From an uncultured Collinsella sp. (GTDB lineage Bacteria > Actinomycetota > Coriobacteriia > Coriobacteriales > Coriobacteriaceae), in the NCBI GenBank assembly GCA_900541795.1, contig UQLC01000010.1, positions 4,669 to 68,668 on the forward strand: DNA of 64,000 nucleotides, written 5' to 3'. Below, one piece after another: positions 1-10,600 of the stretch; the stretch's first letter is position 1; each line of letters begins with the position of its first letter. The notes below the pieces were generated by a model that was not told the DNA's origin, did no database searches, and saw only the letters and a list, made by a program, of their open reading frames with translations. A program made the translations under genes and the position numbers.

Positions 1-140
1 AGGCTCCGGCTAAGGCGAAGGCTGCCAAGTCTGCCGCCAAGGCTCCGGCCAAGTCCACCGCGGCCAAGAAGGCAGCCACCAAAAAGGCTGCTCCCAAGGC
101 CAAGGCAACTGCTGTTAAGGCTCCCGCCAAGAAAGCGTAA
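1..140 (+). CDS. 3' end of a CDS encoding an Ala/Lys/Pro-rich (histone H1 / HU-tail-like) C-terminus; partial, 5' end outside window
   Basis: Reading frame from nt 3 gives APAKAKAAKSAAKAPAKSTAAKKAATKKAAPKAKATAVKAPAKKA, ending at TAA 138-140. No stop interrupts this frame. The composition resembles the tail of glgA later in the window. Confidence 0.5.
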   Translation, partial: APAKAKAAKSAAKAPAKSTAAKKAATKKAAPKAKATAVKAPAKKA

Positions 141-232
141 CAAAGACGTTACCGCTGCAATCACCCGCCCCGCTGGGGCGTAGGATGTAAGTCATAACCG
201 TTCCGGGAGATATCCCCGGGGGAAAGGAACGT

Positions 233-2659
233 ATGAATAAGATCTTCGACAACAAGCAGGAGTTTACCGAGCTCTATCGCGATGCCGTCATGAGCATCAG
301 CGGCAAGAGCGTCGAGGCCGCCAGTGACCTCGACCGCTTTAACGCCCTGGCCAAGCTCGTGGCCGAGAAGGCGCGCACCGTTGCCACCAAGAGTGACGCC
401 CGCGCCACCGCCGAGGGCAAGAAGCGCGTGTACTACTTCTCGATCGAGTTTTTGATCGGCCGCCTGCTCGACAACTACCTGCTCAACTTTGGCGTGCGCG
501 ACATGGTCGCCGAGGCACTCGACGACATGGGCTTCGACCTGTCCGTCATCGAGAACCAGGAGCCCGATCCGGCTCTGGGCAATGGTGGCCTGGGCCGTCT
601 GGCCGCGTGCTTCCTGGATTCCATGGCAGCCGAGGGCATTGCCGGCTACGGCAACGGTATGCGCTACCGCTACGGTCTGTTTAAGCAGGAGATCGTTAAC
701 GGCAGCCAGGTCGAGGCCACCGATGAGTGGCTCACCCACGGCTATCCCTGGGAGGTCCGTCGTCAGGACAAGGCCGTGACCATCAAGTTCGGTGGCCACG
801 TTGAGGGCTTTGAGGAGGACGGCCGCACGTTCTACCGCACGGTGGACACGCAGGATATCTTGGCCGTTCCCTATGACATCCCCGTGGTGGGCTATGCCGG
901 CGAGACCGTCAACAAGCTGCGCGTCTGGGCTGCCGAGCCGGTCGAGGAGCACTTCGATCTAGAGGCCTTCAACCGCGGCGACTATGCCCTGGCCGACGCT
1001 GAGCGCGCCGAGGCCGAGGCCATCAGCGCCATCCTCTACCCCAACGACGCCGGCGAGCACGGCCGTCTGCTGCGCCTAAAGCAGGAGTACCTGTTTGTGT
1101 CGGCAGGCATCTACAGCCTGCTCGACACCTTTGAGAAGGAGCACGGCGAGAACTGGGAGCTGCTGCCGCAGTTTGTGGCCATCCACACCAACGACACCCA
1201 CCCCGCCATGTGCGGCCCCGAGCTCATGCGTATCCTCATCGACGAGAAGAAGCTCGAGTGGGATGACGCCTGGAACATCGTGACGCAGGTCGTGAGCTAC
1301 ACCAACCACACCATTCTGCCCGAGGCTCTGGAGAAGTGGCCCATCGGCACGTTCTCTAAGCTCCTCCCCCGCGTGTACCAGATCATCGACGAGATCAGCC
1401 GTCGTTGGCATGAGTCGTTCGACACCACGCAGGAGGGCTGGCAGGAGCGTCTGCGCCAGACCGCCATTCTGTGGGACGGCGAGATTCGCATGGCCAACCT
1501 GTCCGTGATCTGCAGCCATAGCGTCAACGGCGTGGCAAAGATCCACTCCGACATCATCAAGAACATCGTGCTCAAGGACTTCTATGCCCTGACGCCCGAG
1601 AAGTTCAACAACAAGACCAATGGCATCTCGCACCGTCGCTTCTTTGCCGAGGCCAACCCCACCTACGCCAAGCTCGTGACCGAGGCTATTGGCGACGGCT
1701 GGCTGAAGGACGCCTTTGAGCTTGAGAAGCTTAAGGAGTTTAAGGACGACAGCGAGTTCCTGAAGGCCGTAGGTGCCTCCAAGCGCGCCAACAAGGAGCG
1801 TTTGGCCGCCTACGTCAAGGCCGAGACCGGTCTGGTCATCGATCCCAACACCGTTTTCGATGTCCAGGTAAAGCGCTTCCACGCCTACAAGCGTCAGCTC
1901 ATGAACATCATGAAGGTGATGAACATCTACAACCGTCGCATCGCCGACCCCAACTTCCACGTGACGCCGACGACCTTCATCTTTAGCGGCAAGGCGGCCT
2001 CGAGCTACACCTTCGCCAAGGAGACCATCCGCCTCATCAACTCCGTGGCCGAGGTCGTCAATAACGACCCGCGCGTCAACGAGGTCATGAAGGTCTGCTT
2101 TATTCCCAACTTCCGCGTGAGCAACGCCCAGCTCATCTACCCCGCCGCCGAGATCTCCGAGCAGATTTCCACCGCCGGTAAGGAGGCCTCGGGCACGTCC
2201 AACATGAAGCTCATGATGAACGGCGCCATTACGCTGGGCACCCTCGACGGCGCCAACATCGAGATCGCCGACCTGGCCGGCCGCGAGAACGAGGCCATCT
2301 TTGGCCTGACCGCTCCCGAGGTCGAGCAGCTCTGGGCGTCTAACAGCTACTTTGCGTGGGATACGCTCAACAACGATCGCGAGCGTCTGGGCCGCGTGAT
2401 GGACGAGCTCAAGGACAACACGTTTGCCGGCCTTTCGGGCAACTTCGAGAGCATCTACAACGAGCTCATGAACAACAATGACCCCGACCTGGTCATGGCA
2501 GACTTCCGCAGCTACGTGGATGCATGGGAAAAGCTCACCGGCAGCTACGGCGACCAGGAGACCTGGAACCGCAAGGCGCTGCTCAATACCGCCTCGAGCG
2601 GCTGGTTCTCGAGCGACCGCACCATTCGCGAGTACCGCGACGAGATCTGGCACGCATAA
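233..2659 (+). CDS. glgP: glycogen/maltodextrin phosphorylase (GT35)
   Basis: 808-aa ORF. It has the PLP-lysine region GKEASGTSNMKLMMNGA and the GNGGLGRLAACFLDS motif. An RBS-like ggaaaggaa lies just upstream of the ATG. Confidence 0.95.
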   Translation: MNKIFDNKQEFTELYRDAVMSISGKSVEAASDLDRFNALAKLVAEKARTVATKSDARATAEGKKRVYYFSIEFLIGRLLDNYLLNFGVRDMVAEALDDMGFDLSVIENQEPDPALGNGGLGRLAACFLDSMAAEGIAGYGNGMRYRYGLFKQEIVNGSQVEATDEWLTHGYPWEVRRQDKAVTIKFGGHVEGFEEDGRTFYRTVDTQDILAVPYDIPVVGYAGETVNKLRVWAAEPVEEHFDLEAFNRGDYALADAERAEAEAISAILYPNDAGEHGRLLRLKQEYLFVSAGIYSLLDTFEKEHGENWELLPQFVAIHTNDTHPAMCGPELMRILIDEKKLEWDDAWNIVTQVVSYTNHTILPEALEKWPIGTFSKLLPRVYQIIDEISRRWHESFDTTQEGWQERLRQTAILWDGEIRMANLSVICSHSVNGVAKIHSDIIKNIVLKDFYALTPEKFNNKTNGISHRRFFAEANPTYAKLVTEAIGDGWLKDAFELEKLKEFKDDSEFLKAVGASKRANKERLAAYVKAETGLVIDPNTVFDVQVKRFHAYKRQLMNIMKVMNIYNRRIADPNFHVTPTTFIFSGKAASSYTFAKETIRLINSVAEVVNNDPRVNEVMKVCFIPNFRVSNAQLIYPAAEISEQISTAGKEASGTSNMKLMMNGAITLGTLDGANIEIADLAGRENEAIFGLTAPEVEQLWASNSYFAWDTLNNDRERLGRVMDELKDNTFAGLSGNFESIYNELMNNNDPDLVMADFRSYVDAWEKLTGSYGDQETWNRKALLNTASSGWFSSDRTIREYRDEIWHA

Positions 2660-2766
2660 AGGCCGCGAGCTCCCCTATGCCAGCACGGCATTACTCGACG
2701 GGCGTGACGTTGCACCACGCCCGTCGCTAATGGGTTTAGGAACATCGATGACAGAAGGAGAAATCG

Positions 2767-3915
2767 ATGAGTAAGAAAGAATGCATCGCGATGCTCCTCG
2801 CAGGAGGACAGGGCAGCCGATTGGGGGCACTCACCCAAAAGATCGCTAAGCCGGCGGTTAGCTTTGGTGGCAAGTTCCGCATTATCGACTTTTCGCTCTC
2901 CAACTGCTCCAACTCGGGCATCGACACGGTGGGCGTTCTAACGCAGTATCGCCCCTACCTGCTGCATGCCTACGTGGGCTCCGGCGAGGCGTGGGATCTG
3001 GACAGCCGCGACGGCGGCGTGTCGATCCTGCCGCCGTACGAGACGCAGACCGGTGGCGCCTGGTATGCGGGCACGGCCGACGCCATTACGCAGAACCTCG
3101 ACTACATCAAGGCCAACGACCCCAAGTACGTCCTGATTCTTTCGGGCGATCACCTGTATCGCATGGACTACCGCAAGATGCTCAAGACGCACATTGAGAA
3201 CAATGCAGACCTCACGGTGAGCGTTATGCCCGTGCCGTGGGAGGAGGCCAGCCGCTTTGGTATCCTGACCACCGACCCCGAGGACGGCCGCATCACCAAG
3301 TTCACCGAGAAGCCCGAGAAGCCCGATTCGAACCTCGCGTCCATGGGCATCTACATCTTCTCGGCCGACGTCCTGATCGAGGCGCTCGAGGAAGACGCTC
3401 TGGACCAGCGCTCGAGCCACGACTTTGGCAAGGACATCATCCCCAAGCTGCTCGGCGAGAACAAGCGCCTGTACAGCTACGAGTTCCACGGCTTTTGGAA
3501 GGATGTCGGCACCATCGCCAGCTTCCACGAGACCTCGATGGACCTGCTGGGCAACAACCCCGAGTTCGATCTGTTTGACAAGCACTTCCCCATCATGTCC
3601 AACATCACCACGCGTCCGCCGCACTACATTGGCCCGGACGGCCGCCTGGACGACTGCCTGGTCTCCAACGGCTGCAAGATCTACGGCACCGCTCGCCACT
3701 CGATCCTTTCGACCGATGTCATCATCGAGGAGCGCGCCGTGGTCGAGGACTCCGTGCTGCTGCCGGGTGCGCACGTTAAGAGCGGCGCACACATCTGCCG
3801 CGCTATTTTGGGCGAGAACTCCACGGTCGAAGAGGGCGTGAAGCTCGGCTCTGTCGATACCACCAAGGATACGGCCGTCGTTGGAAATGACATCGTTATC
3901 GGGAAGGGGGAATGA
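2767..3915 (+). CDS. glgC: glucose-1-phosphate adenylyltransferase, catalytic subunit
   Basis: 382 aa. It has the N-terminal [13 protein letters not shown] loop and [14 protein letters not shown], plus a C-terminal hexapeptide-repeat-like region. RBS agaaggag lies upstream. Confidence 0.95.
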   Translation: MSKKECIAMLLAGGQGSRLGALTQKIAKPAVSFGGKFRIIDFSLSNCSNSGIDTVGVLTQYRPYLLHAYVGSGEAWDLDSRDGGVSILPPYETQTGGAWYAGTADAITQNLDYIKANDPKYVLILSGDHLYRMDYRKMLKTHIENNADLTVSVMPVPWEEASRFGILTTDPEDGRITKFTEKPEKPDSNLASMGIYIFSADVLIEALEEDALDQRSSHDFGKDIIPKLLGENKRLYSYEFHGFWKDVGTIASFHETSMDLLGNNPEFDLFDKHFPIMSNITTRPPHYIGPDGRLDDCLVSNGCKIYGTARHSILSTDVIIEERAVVEDSVLLPGAHVKSGAHICRAILGENSTVEEGVKLGSVDTTKDTAVVGNDIVIGKGE

Positions 3916-3919
3916 TCCG

Positions 3920-5047
3920 ATGATCAATCGCAAGGCCATCGGTTATATCACCGCTAACTACTCTTCGACCTACGGCAGCGTTCTGCTCAAGGACCGCCCC
4001 ATCGCGTCCGTTCCGTTTTTGGGCCGCTACCGCCTGATCGATTTCCCGCTGTCCAACATGATGAATGCCGGCATTAAGACCGTCGGCGTCGTCATGCCGG
4101 GCAACTACCGCTCGCTGATCGACCACGTGGGCTCGGGCAAGGACTGGGGCCTGGACCGCAAAAAGGGCGGCCTGTTCATGGTTCCCGGCAACGCGTATGG
4201 CACCACCAAGGGCGGCATGCGTTTCTTGCTGCGCGACATCATCTCCAACAAGACGCTGTTCCAGCGCTCGGACAAGCCCTACGTTGTGATGATGGGCACC
4301 AACATCATCTTTAACATGGACCTCAACACCATCATCGACGCGCACGAGAACTCCGGTGCCCAGATGACCGTGGTGTACTGCAAGGCCACGCATAACGTCG
4401 ATGACGAGACCAAACTCGAAATTAACGAGAACGGCCGCCTAACGGGCGTGAGCGCCGGCGTCGTGTACGGCGACAACGCCTCTATGGACTGCTGCATCGT
4501 CAACCGCGAGACGCTGCTCGAGATCATCGACCACTACCAGGCCGCCGACTATCTGGACCTGCTCGAGGCACTCCAGGGCGACTTTGGCAACAACGATGTA
4601 TGCAGCTACGAGTACAAGGGCGAGGTCGTGGGCGTGTTTAGCGAGAAGTCGCTGTACCGCCGCAGCATGGACCTGCTCGACCAGACCGTGGCCGACCAGC
4701 TCTTCGATCCCGAGCGCCCGATCCTGACCAAGGCTCACGACGTGCCGCCTTCACGCTATGCGACCGGCAGCCACGCGTGCAACTCAATCATCTCGGCCGG
4801 CTGCATCATCAAGGGCACCGTGCGCAACTCGATCCTGTCGCGCGGCGTCGTGGTCGAGGAAGGCGCCTCGGTGACCAACTCGATCATCAATCAGAGCTGC
4901 ATCATCAAGAGCGGCGCACGCGTCGAGAACGCCATTCTGGACAAGAACAACGTGGTTCCCACCAACACCGAGCTTCGCGGCACGCCCGAGAACATCCTGG
5001 TGCTGGGCAAGGCTCCGTTAACTTCCGATACCACGATCGTGCGTTAA
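3920..5047 (+). CDS. glgD: glucose-1-phosphate adenylyltransferase regulatory subunit GlgD (Firmicute-type)
   Basis: GlgC paralog (RYRLIDFPLSNMMNAG) that lacks the GGxGxRL loop. ATG 3920 lies 4 nt after the glgC stop and is preceded by gggaaggggg. The ORF-track start at 3881 overlaps glgC and looks less likely. Confidence 0.85.
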   Translation: MINRKAIGYITANYSSTYGSVLLKDRPIASVPFLGRYRLIDFPLSNMMNAGIKTVGVVMPGNYRSLIDHVGSGKDWGLDRKKGGLFMVPGNAYGTTKGGMRFLLRDIISNKTLFQRSDKPYVVMMGTNIIFNMDLNTIIDAHENSGAQMTVVYCKATHNVDDETKLEINENGRLTGVSAGVVYGDNASMDCCIVNRETLLEIIDHYQAADYLDLLEALQGDFGNNDVCSYEYKGEVVGVFSEKSLYRRSMDLLDQTVADQLFDPERPILTKAHDVPPSRYATGSHACNSIISAGCIIKGTVRNSILSRGVVVEEGASVTNSIINQSCIIKSGARVENAILDKNNVVPTNTELRGTPENILVLGKAPLTSDTTIVR

Positions 5048-5137
5048 CGTTGGCACCGCAACATCGCTCGTAACATGTAGAATAGCCGCCCGGTTCGCGC
5101 CTGGCGGCTATTCTCGAATAACAACATGGGAGACAAT

Positions 5138-7399
5138 ATGGCTGATTCCAGCAAAAAGATGCAGATCGTGTTTGCCTCGGCCGAGTGCGCGCCGTTTGTA
5201 AAGACCGGTGGCCTGGGCGACGTGGCGGGTTCGCTGCCTGCGGCGCTTGTGCGCGCCGGCGCCGAGGTTATCGTGATGGTGCCCAAGTACGCCACCATCA
5301 AAGACGAGTACAAGGCGCAGATGGAGCACTTTGCCGACTTTTACGTGAGCCTAGGCTGGCGCAACGAGTACTGCGGACTCGAGAAGCTCGAGCACGACGG
5401 CGTCACCTATATGTTTATCGACAACGAGCGCTACTTTGCGCGCGACTATCCGTACGGCTTCTTTGACGACGGCGAGCGTTTTGCGTTCTTCTCCAAGGCC
5501 ATCACCGAGAGCCTGCAGCACCTGCCGGCCGGCTTTGAGTGCGACATCCTGCACTGCAATGACTGGCAGACGGCGCTGGCGCCCGTGTTCTTGCGCGAGT
5601 TCTACCAGGGCCTGCCGCTGTACGACCGCGTCAAGACCGTGTTCTCGATCCACAACGTGGCGTTCCAGGGCCAGTTTAGCGACACCGTGATGGAGGACAT
5701 CCTGGGCGTGGCGCACATTCCGGCGGCCGCTTCGCAGCTGCGTTGCGACGCCTGCAGCATCAACTACATGCTGGGCGCCCTACGTTACGCCGACGCCATC
5801 ACTACGGTGAGCCCCACCTATGCCAACGAGATCCAGACGCCCGAATTTGGCGAGGGCTTGGACGGTGTGCTGCGCGAGCGCTCCTATGCGCTGCAGGGCA
5901 TTTTGAACGGCATTGACGTGGCGGGCTTTGACCCGGCGACCGACAAGCGCATTGCCGCAAACTACACGGTTGATGACCGCTCCGGCAAGGCTGTGTGCAA
6001 GGCCAAGCTGCAGGAAGAGCTGGGGCTCGAGGTTCGCGACGACCGTCCGCTCATGGTGATGGTCACGCGCCTGACGCGCCAGAAGGGCATGGACCTGGTC
6101 ATGTACGCGCTCGACCGCATCCTGGCCGGCGGCGTGCAGGTGGCGGTGCTGGGCACCGGCGACCGCGACTACGAGGACGGCCTGCGCTACTTCCAGGACA
6201 AGTACCCCGGCACCATGGCGGCACGCATCGAATTTGACCCGGCGCTGTCGCAGCGCATGTACGCCGCCGCCGATATGTTCCTGATGCCTTCGAAGTTTGA
6301 GCCCTGCGGTCTGTCGCAGATCATCGCTATGCGTTACGGCACCCTGCCCATCGTGCGCGAGACCGGTGGCCTGAAGGACACCGTGATCCCGTATAACGAG
6401 TTTACCGGCGAGGGCACGGGCTTCTCGTTTACCAACTTTAACGGCGACGAGATGGGCGACGCGGTCTTCCGCGCGGCGCGCCTGTTCTGGGATAACCGTG
6501 ATGCTTGGAACCAACTGGTCACGCAGGCCATGAGCCAGGACTTTAGCTGGACGCGCTCGGCCGACAAGTATCTGGACCTGTACTTCTTTATGCATCCGGA
6601 GATTGAGAGGCCGGCGAAGGTTGTGGAGGCTGCGGCTGAGCCCGAGGTTGTGGCCGAGCCCGAGCCCAAGGCTGAGGTGAAGGTTGTGGCAGCCCCCAAG
6701 GCTGAGGAGAAGCCGGCTGCCGAGGCCGAGGTTAAGCCCGCGGCGAAGCCTGCCGCCAAGAAGACCACGACGCGCAAGACGACGGCCAAGAAGGCTACGA
6801 CCACGAAGGCCGCTGCCACCAAGACCGCCGCAGCAAAGACGACTGCTGCCAAGGCAACGACGACACGCAAGCGTACGACCGCCGCTGCCAAGAAGGCCGC
6901 CGAGGTCGAGGCAGCCTCCGAGGTAAAGACCGAGACCGCCGAGGCCAAGCCGGCCGCAAAGGCTCCGGCCAAAGCTGCAGCCAAGAAGACGACCGCGACC
7001 AAGAGCACGACCGCCAAGAAGACTACAGCTACCAAGTCGACGACCGCCAAGGCCACTGCAACGAAGGCGGCCGCAAAGCCGGCCGCCAATGTCGAGGAGA
7101 CGCCCGCCGAGTCCAAGGCCGAGGTAACCGTCGAGGCCAAGTCGACCGCCAAGACCACCACGCGCAAGCGCTCTACGACGACGGCCAAGAAGACCACGAC
7201 CAAGACTGCCGCTCCCAAGGCGGAGGCTAAGGTCGAGGACAAGCCCGCTGCCGCCAAAGAGCAGCCTAAGGCCGAGGTAAAGGCCAAGCCCGAGCCCGCC
7301 AAGGAGACTCCGGTCTCCCCCGCCGCTCCGGCAGAGGAAAAGGCTCCGACCAAGAAGACGTCCGTCCGCAAGGCAACGGCCACCCGCAAGCGCCGCTAG
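5138..7399 (+). CDS. glgA: glycogen synthase (GT5) with a C-terminal Ala/Lys/Thr/Pro/Glu-rich extension of about 270 aa
   Basis: FASAECAPFVKTGGLGDV motif at the N-terminus, and a GT-B core running to about ...DKYLDLYFFMH. ATG 5138 has gggaga 4 nt upstream; ATG 5126 is an alternative start. The same frame continues for another 268 codons of low-complexity sequence. Confidence 0.9.
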   Translation: MADSSKKMQIVFASAECAPFVKTGGLGDVAGSLPAALVRAGAEVIVMVPKYATIKDEYKAQMEHFADFYVSLGWRNEYCGLEKLEHDGVTYMFIDNERYFARDYPYGFFDDGERFAFFSKAITESLQHLPAGFECDILHCNDWQTALAPVFLREFYQGLPLYDRVKTVFSIHNVAFQGQFSDTVMEDILGVAHIPAAASQLRCDACSINYMLGALRYADAITTVSPTYANEIQTPEFGEGLDGVLRERSYALQGILNGIDVAGFDPATDKRIAANYTVDDRSGKAVCKAKLQEELGLEVRDDRPLMVMVTRLTRQKGMDLVMYALDRILAGGVQVAVLGTGDRDYEDGLRYFQDKYPGTMAARIEFDPALSQRMYAAADMFLMPSKFEPCGLSQIIAMRYGTLPIVRETGGLKDTVIPYNEFTGEGTGFSFTNFNGDEMGDAVFRAARLFWDNRDAWNQLVTQAMSQDFSWTRSADKYLDLYFFMHPEIERPAKVVEAAAEPEVVAEPEPKAEVKVVAAPKAEEKPAAEAEVKPAAKPAAKKTTTRKTTAKKATTTKAAATKTAAAKTTAAKATTTRKRTTAAAKKAAEVEAASEVKTETAEAKPAAKAPAKAAAKKTTATKSTTAKKTTATKSTTAKATATKAAAKPAANVEETPAESKAEVTVEAKSTAKTTTRKRSTTTAKKTTTKTAAPKAEAKVEDKPAAAKEQPKAEVKAKPEPAKETPVSPAAPAEEKAPTKKTSVRKATATRKRR
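6593..7396 (+). other. low-complexity basic tail region of glgA, with internal tandem KKTTATKSTTA units
   Basis: Translation is AKVVEAAAEPE...AAKPAAKKTTTRKTTAKK...KKTSVRKATATRKRR. Two 33-nt units at 6983-7015 and 7016-7048 both encode KKTTATKSTTA. They use different codons, including AGC versus TCG for Ser. Confidence 0.8.
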
Positions 7400-7435
7400 C
7401 CCACAGACGATTCAAAACCTAATCAAACCCTAAGT

Positions 7436-7462
7436 AAGGGGCGCTCCAACCGAGCGCCCCTT
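7436..7462 (+). terminator. GC-rich hairpin downstream of glgA
   Basis: aaggggcgctc / caacc / gagcgcccctt form an 11-bp stem 37 nt after the glgA stop. The T-tract is weak (ctctg). Confidence 0.5.
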
Positions 7463-7617
7463 CTCTGTAGGTAGTTGGTAAAACGATTTTCTAGGACAAC
7501 CGTTCGCCGATGGTAAACGGATGTTGTTTATACAGCCTGTGTACAACAGATATACTTACAATCTGTGCGTAAAGCCCATGGCCCGCAGGCCGTGATTCTA
7601 TTGAACTGGACCGTATT

Positions 7618-10600
7618 ATGAGATTGATTCACAACAGCCGTCTGCCGCAGTTTCGTACTCCGTTTGGCGCTGTGACCACTGGAACTTCCGTTTCGCTATC
7701 GGTGATTTTGGAGGATGCCGACCCCAACCAGGCAACGCTTACCCTGCGTACCTGGGTCGATGAAATCGGTGAGTCTCTGTATCCCATGACGCACGAGGGC
7801 GACGGCATATTTACCGTAGAGCTTGAGTGCACTGAGCCCTGTCTTATCTGGTACAGCTTTATCTGCAACATCGAGGGCCAGCCCGAGGTTCGCCTGGGCG
7901 CGCCGCAGGGCCGCACCGGCGGCGAGGGCGTAACCTACGACTACGCCGAGGTTCCGTCCTTCCAGATCACCGTTTACAAGCACCGCGAAGTGCGTCCCGA
8001 GTGGTACGAGCGCGGCATGGTCTACCAGATCTTCCCCGATCGCTATGCCCGCGACGAAAACTGGCGCGAACGCACGCTTGCCGAAGTTGAAAAACCGCGC
8101 AAAGGAATCCAGCGCCGCATGGTCGAGGACTGGAACGAACCGCCCGAGTACGAGCGTGCCGAAGACGGCTCCATCAAGACCTGGGATTTTTACGGCGGCT
8201 CGCTCAAGGGTATCCAGAATGACCTGCCCCGCATTGCCGAGCTGGGCTTTACGGCCATCTACCTCAACCCGATCTTTGAGGCCGCGAGCAACCACCGCTA
8301 CGACACGGCCGACTACACCAAGATCGACCCGATCCTGGGCACCGAGCAGGACTTTACCGAGCTGTGCCAGGCAGCCGAGAAGCTGGGCATCTCCATCATC
8401 CTGGACGGCGTCTTCAACCACACAGGCGACGATTCGATCTACTTTAACCGCTACGGTAACTATCCCGGTGTCGGTGCGTGGCAGAGCGAGGACTCGCCGT
8501 GGCGCGATGCGTTTTACTTCCATGAGGACGGCTCGTATGACTGCTGGTGGGGCGTGGGCAACATGCCCGCCATCAATGAGAGCTCCGAACTGGTGCGCGA
8601 GCGGCTCCTGGGCAAGGACGGCGTGATCCGCAAATGGCTGCGCGCCGGCGCTCACGGCTGGCGCCTGGATGTGGCCGACGAGCTTTCCGATGACTTCCTG
8701 ACCGAGATCAAAAAGGCCGTACTCGCCGAGAAGCCCGACGCGCTGCTGCTCGGCGAGGTCTGGGAAGATGCCTCCAACAAGATCAGCTACGGCCATCTGC
8801 GTCGCTACCTGCAAGGCTCCGAGCTCGACTCGGCCATGGATTACCCCTTCCGCGACATGGTCATCGGCTTTTTGATGGGCTACAAAAACGCCTACCAAGC
8901 TGCCGAGGATATCGAGACCCTACGCGAGAACTATCCGCGTGAGGCCCTGTCTTGCGCACTTAATCTGCTTTCGAGCCACGACCGTCCGCGCATCATCTCG
9001 GTGCTCGGCGGCGGCCCCGACGAGTCGAAGCTGCCCGAGTGCGAGCGCAGCAAATGGCGTCTGGACGAGAATGCGATGGGCCTTGCCAAGAGCCGCTTTT
9101 GGCTCGCGACGCTCATGCAGATGACCTTCCCCGGCGTGCCCTCGATCTACTATGGCGACGAATACGGCCTGGAGGGCCTTACCGACCCGGGCAACCGCCG
9201 CACCATGCCTAAAAAGGAGGACCTGCACGACTTCGACACGCTCGCGATCGTCAAGAACGCATCTGCCGTACGCCGTGCGCTGCCGTTTATGATCGACGGC
9301 GAGATCAGGGCGTTCGCACTCAATGACGAGGTGCTCGCCTACACCCGCACGGGCAAAGACGGTGAGTCCGCGACCGTCATCATCAACCGCAGCCTGCGCA
9401 ATTCGCACCGCGTGACGATTCCAGCGCTCGGCGAATGCGCAAGCGATGTCATTAGCGGCCACGAGTGCGAGATCCACAACGGCACGGTCACGCTCGACCT
9501 GTATCCGCTGGGTTCGTCGATCATCTATCACCACGCCGAGCAGCGCCTACAGGAGCCGCTCGACCACGGCGCGGGCGTCGTGTGTCACATCACCTCGGTG
9601 CCGACCGACGACGCCAAGCCCGGCACGATTGGCGCGCCCACGCGTCGCTTTATCGACCATCTTGCCGCCATGGGCATGCGCTACTGGCAGGTCCTGCCCG
9701 TCAATCCCACGGACTTCTTCCGCTCCCCTTACGCTGGCCCTTCGGCCTTTGCTGGCAATATTGACCTGCTGCCGGAGTCGCACGAGGAGCTGGCCGCCGA
9801 CTTTAAGGTCTGGAAAGCCCGCGGTGGCGAGGATGCCGACCCGCTCTACACCGCGTTTAAACATCGCAATGCCGACTGGCTCGAGAAGTACTGCGTTTAC
9901 ATGTCCGTCAAAAAGTACTTTGAGGGCGAGTCACGCCACGATTGGCCGGCCGATGTCGCGCGCTACAACGAGCATCTGTTTGACGACAAGCGCTTTCACG
10001 ACGAGGCAGAACTGCAGGCATACATGCAGTATCGCTTCGACCTGGCTTGGTGCGAGCTTATGAACTACGCGCACAAGAAGGACATAGAGGTCATCGGCGA
10101 TATTCCGATGTATGTGTCCGACGATTCGGCCGACGCGTGGAGCGAACCCGAGAACTTCTGGCTGTCCGATACCGGCAAGGCGATTGAAATTTCTGGCGCG
10201 CCGCCCGACAACTTTGCACCCGAGGGCCAGGTGTGGGGCAACCCGACGTTCCGCTGGGATCACATGAAGGAGAACGGCTATCGTTGGTGGATGGACCGTC
10301 TACGTCGTGCGTTCTCGCTCTACGACCGTGTACGCCTGGACCACTTCCTGGGCTTCCACAGCTACTTCAGCATTCCCGCGGGCAAGGCCTGCGCCGACGG
10401 TCGCTGGCTGGCAGGCCCGGGCAAGGATCTGTTCCAGACTGCCTACGACGAACTGGGTCCGCTCAACTTTATCGCCGAGGATCTGGGCTACCTGACGCCC
10501 GGTGTTCGTGCCATGGCTTCGACCTGTGGCTTCCCCGGTATGGACGTGCTGGAGTTTAGCGATTACGACGTCCGCAACGGGATTAATCCCACGCCCGGCA

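Noticed and set aside
161-952. A 263-aa minus-strand ORF antisense to glgP. Similar antisense ORFs occur in glgP (1076-2653), glgC (2938-3939), glgA (5780-6595), priA (15448-16767), gltX (16946-18583), sdaA (20711-22216), ptsI (55760-57544) and elsewhere.
   Set aside because: These are shadow ORFs opposite well-supported genes. Their composition is typical of antisense high-GC coding sequence (many L, V, A, G, R). They show no start context or motifs.
6334-7389. A 351-aa minus-strand ORF opposite the glgA tail, rich in A, V, L, F and S, which could be mistaken for a membrane or secreted repeat protein.
   Set aside because: It is the reverse complement of the AAG/GCC/ACC-rich tail. The plus-strand frame is continuous with the glgA catalytic domain and ends at a stop followed by a hairpin.
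7463-7617. Possible LacI/MalR-type operators in the AT-rich region upstream of the GH13/GH77 gene (tggtaaaacgattttc and ggtaaacggatgttg).
   Set aside because: They are only short, imperfect dyads with 4-bp arms. I cannot distinguish them from chance in an AT-rich promoter region without a regulator motif model.
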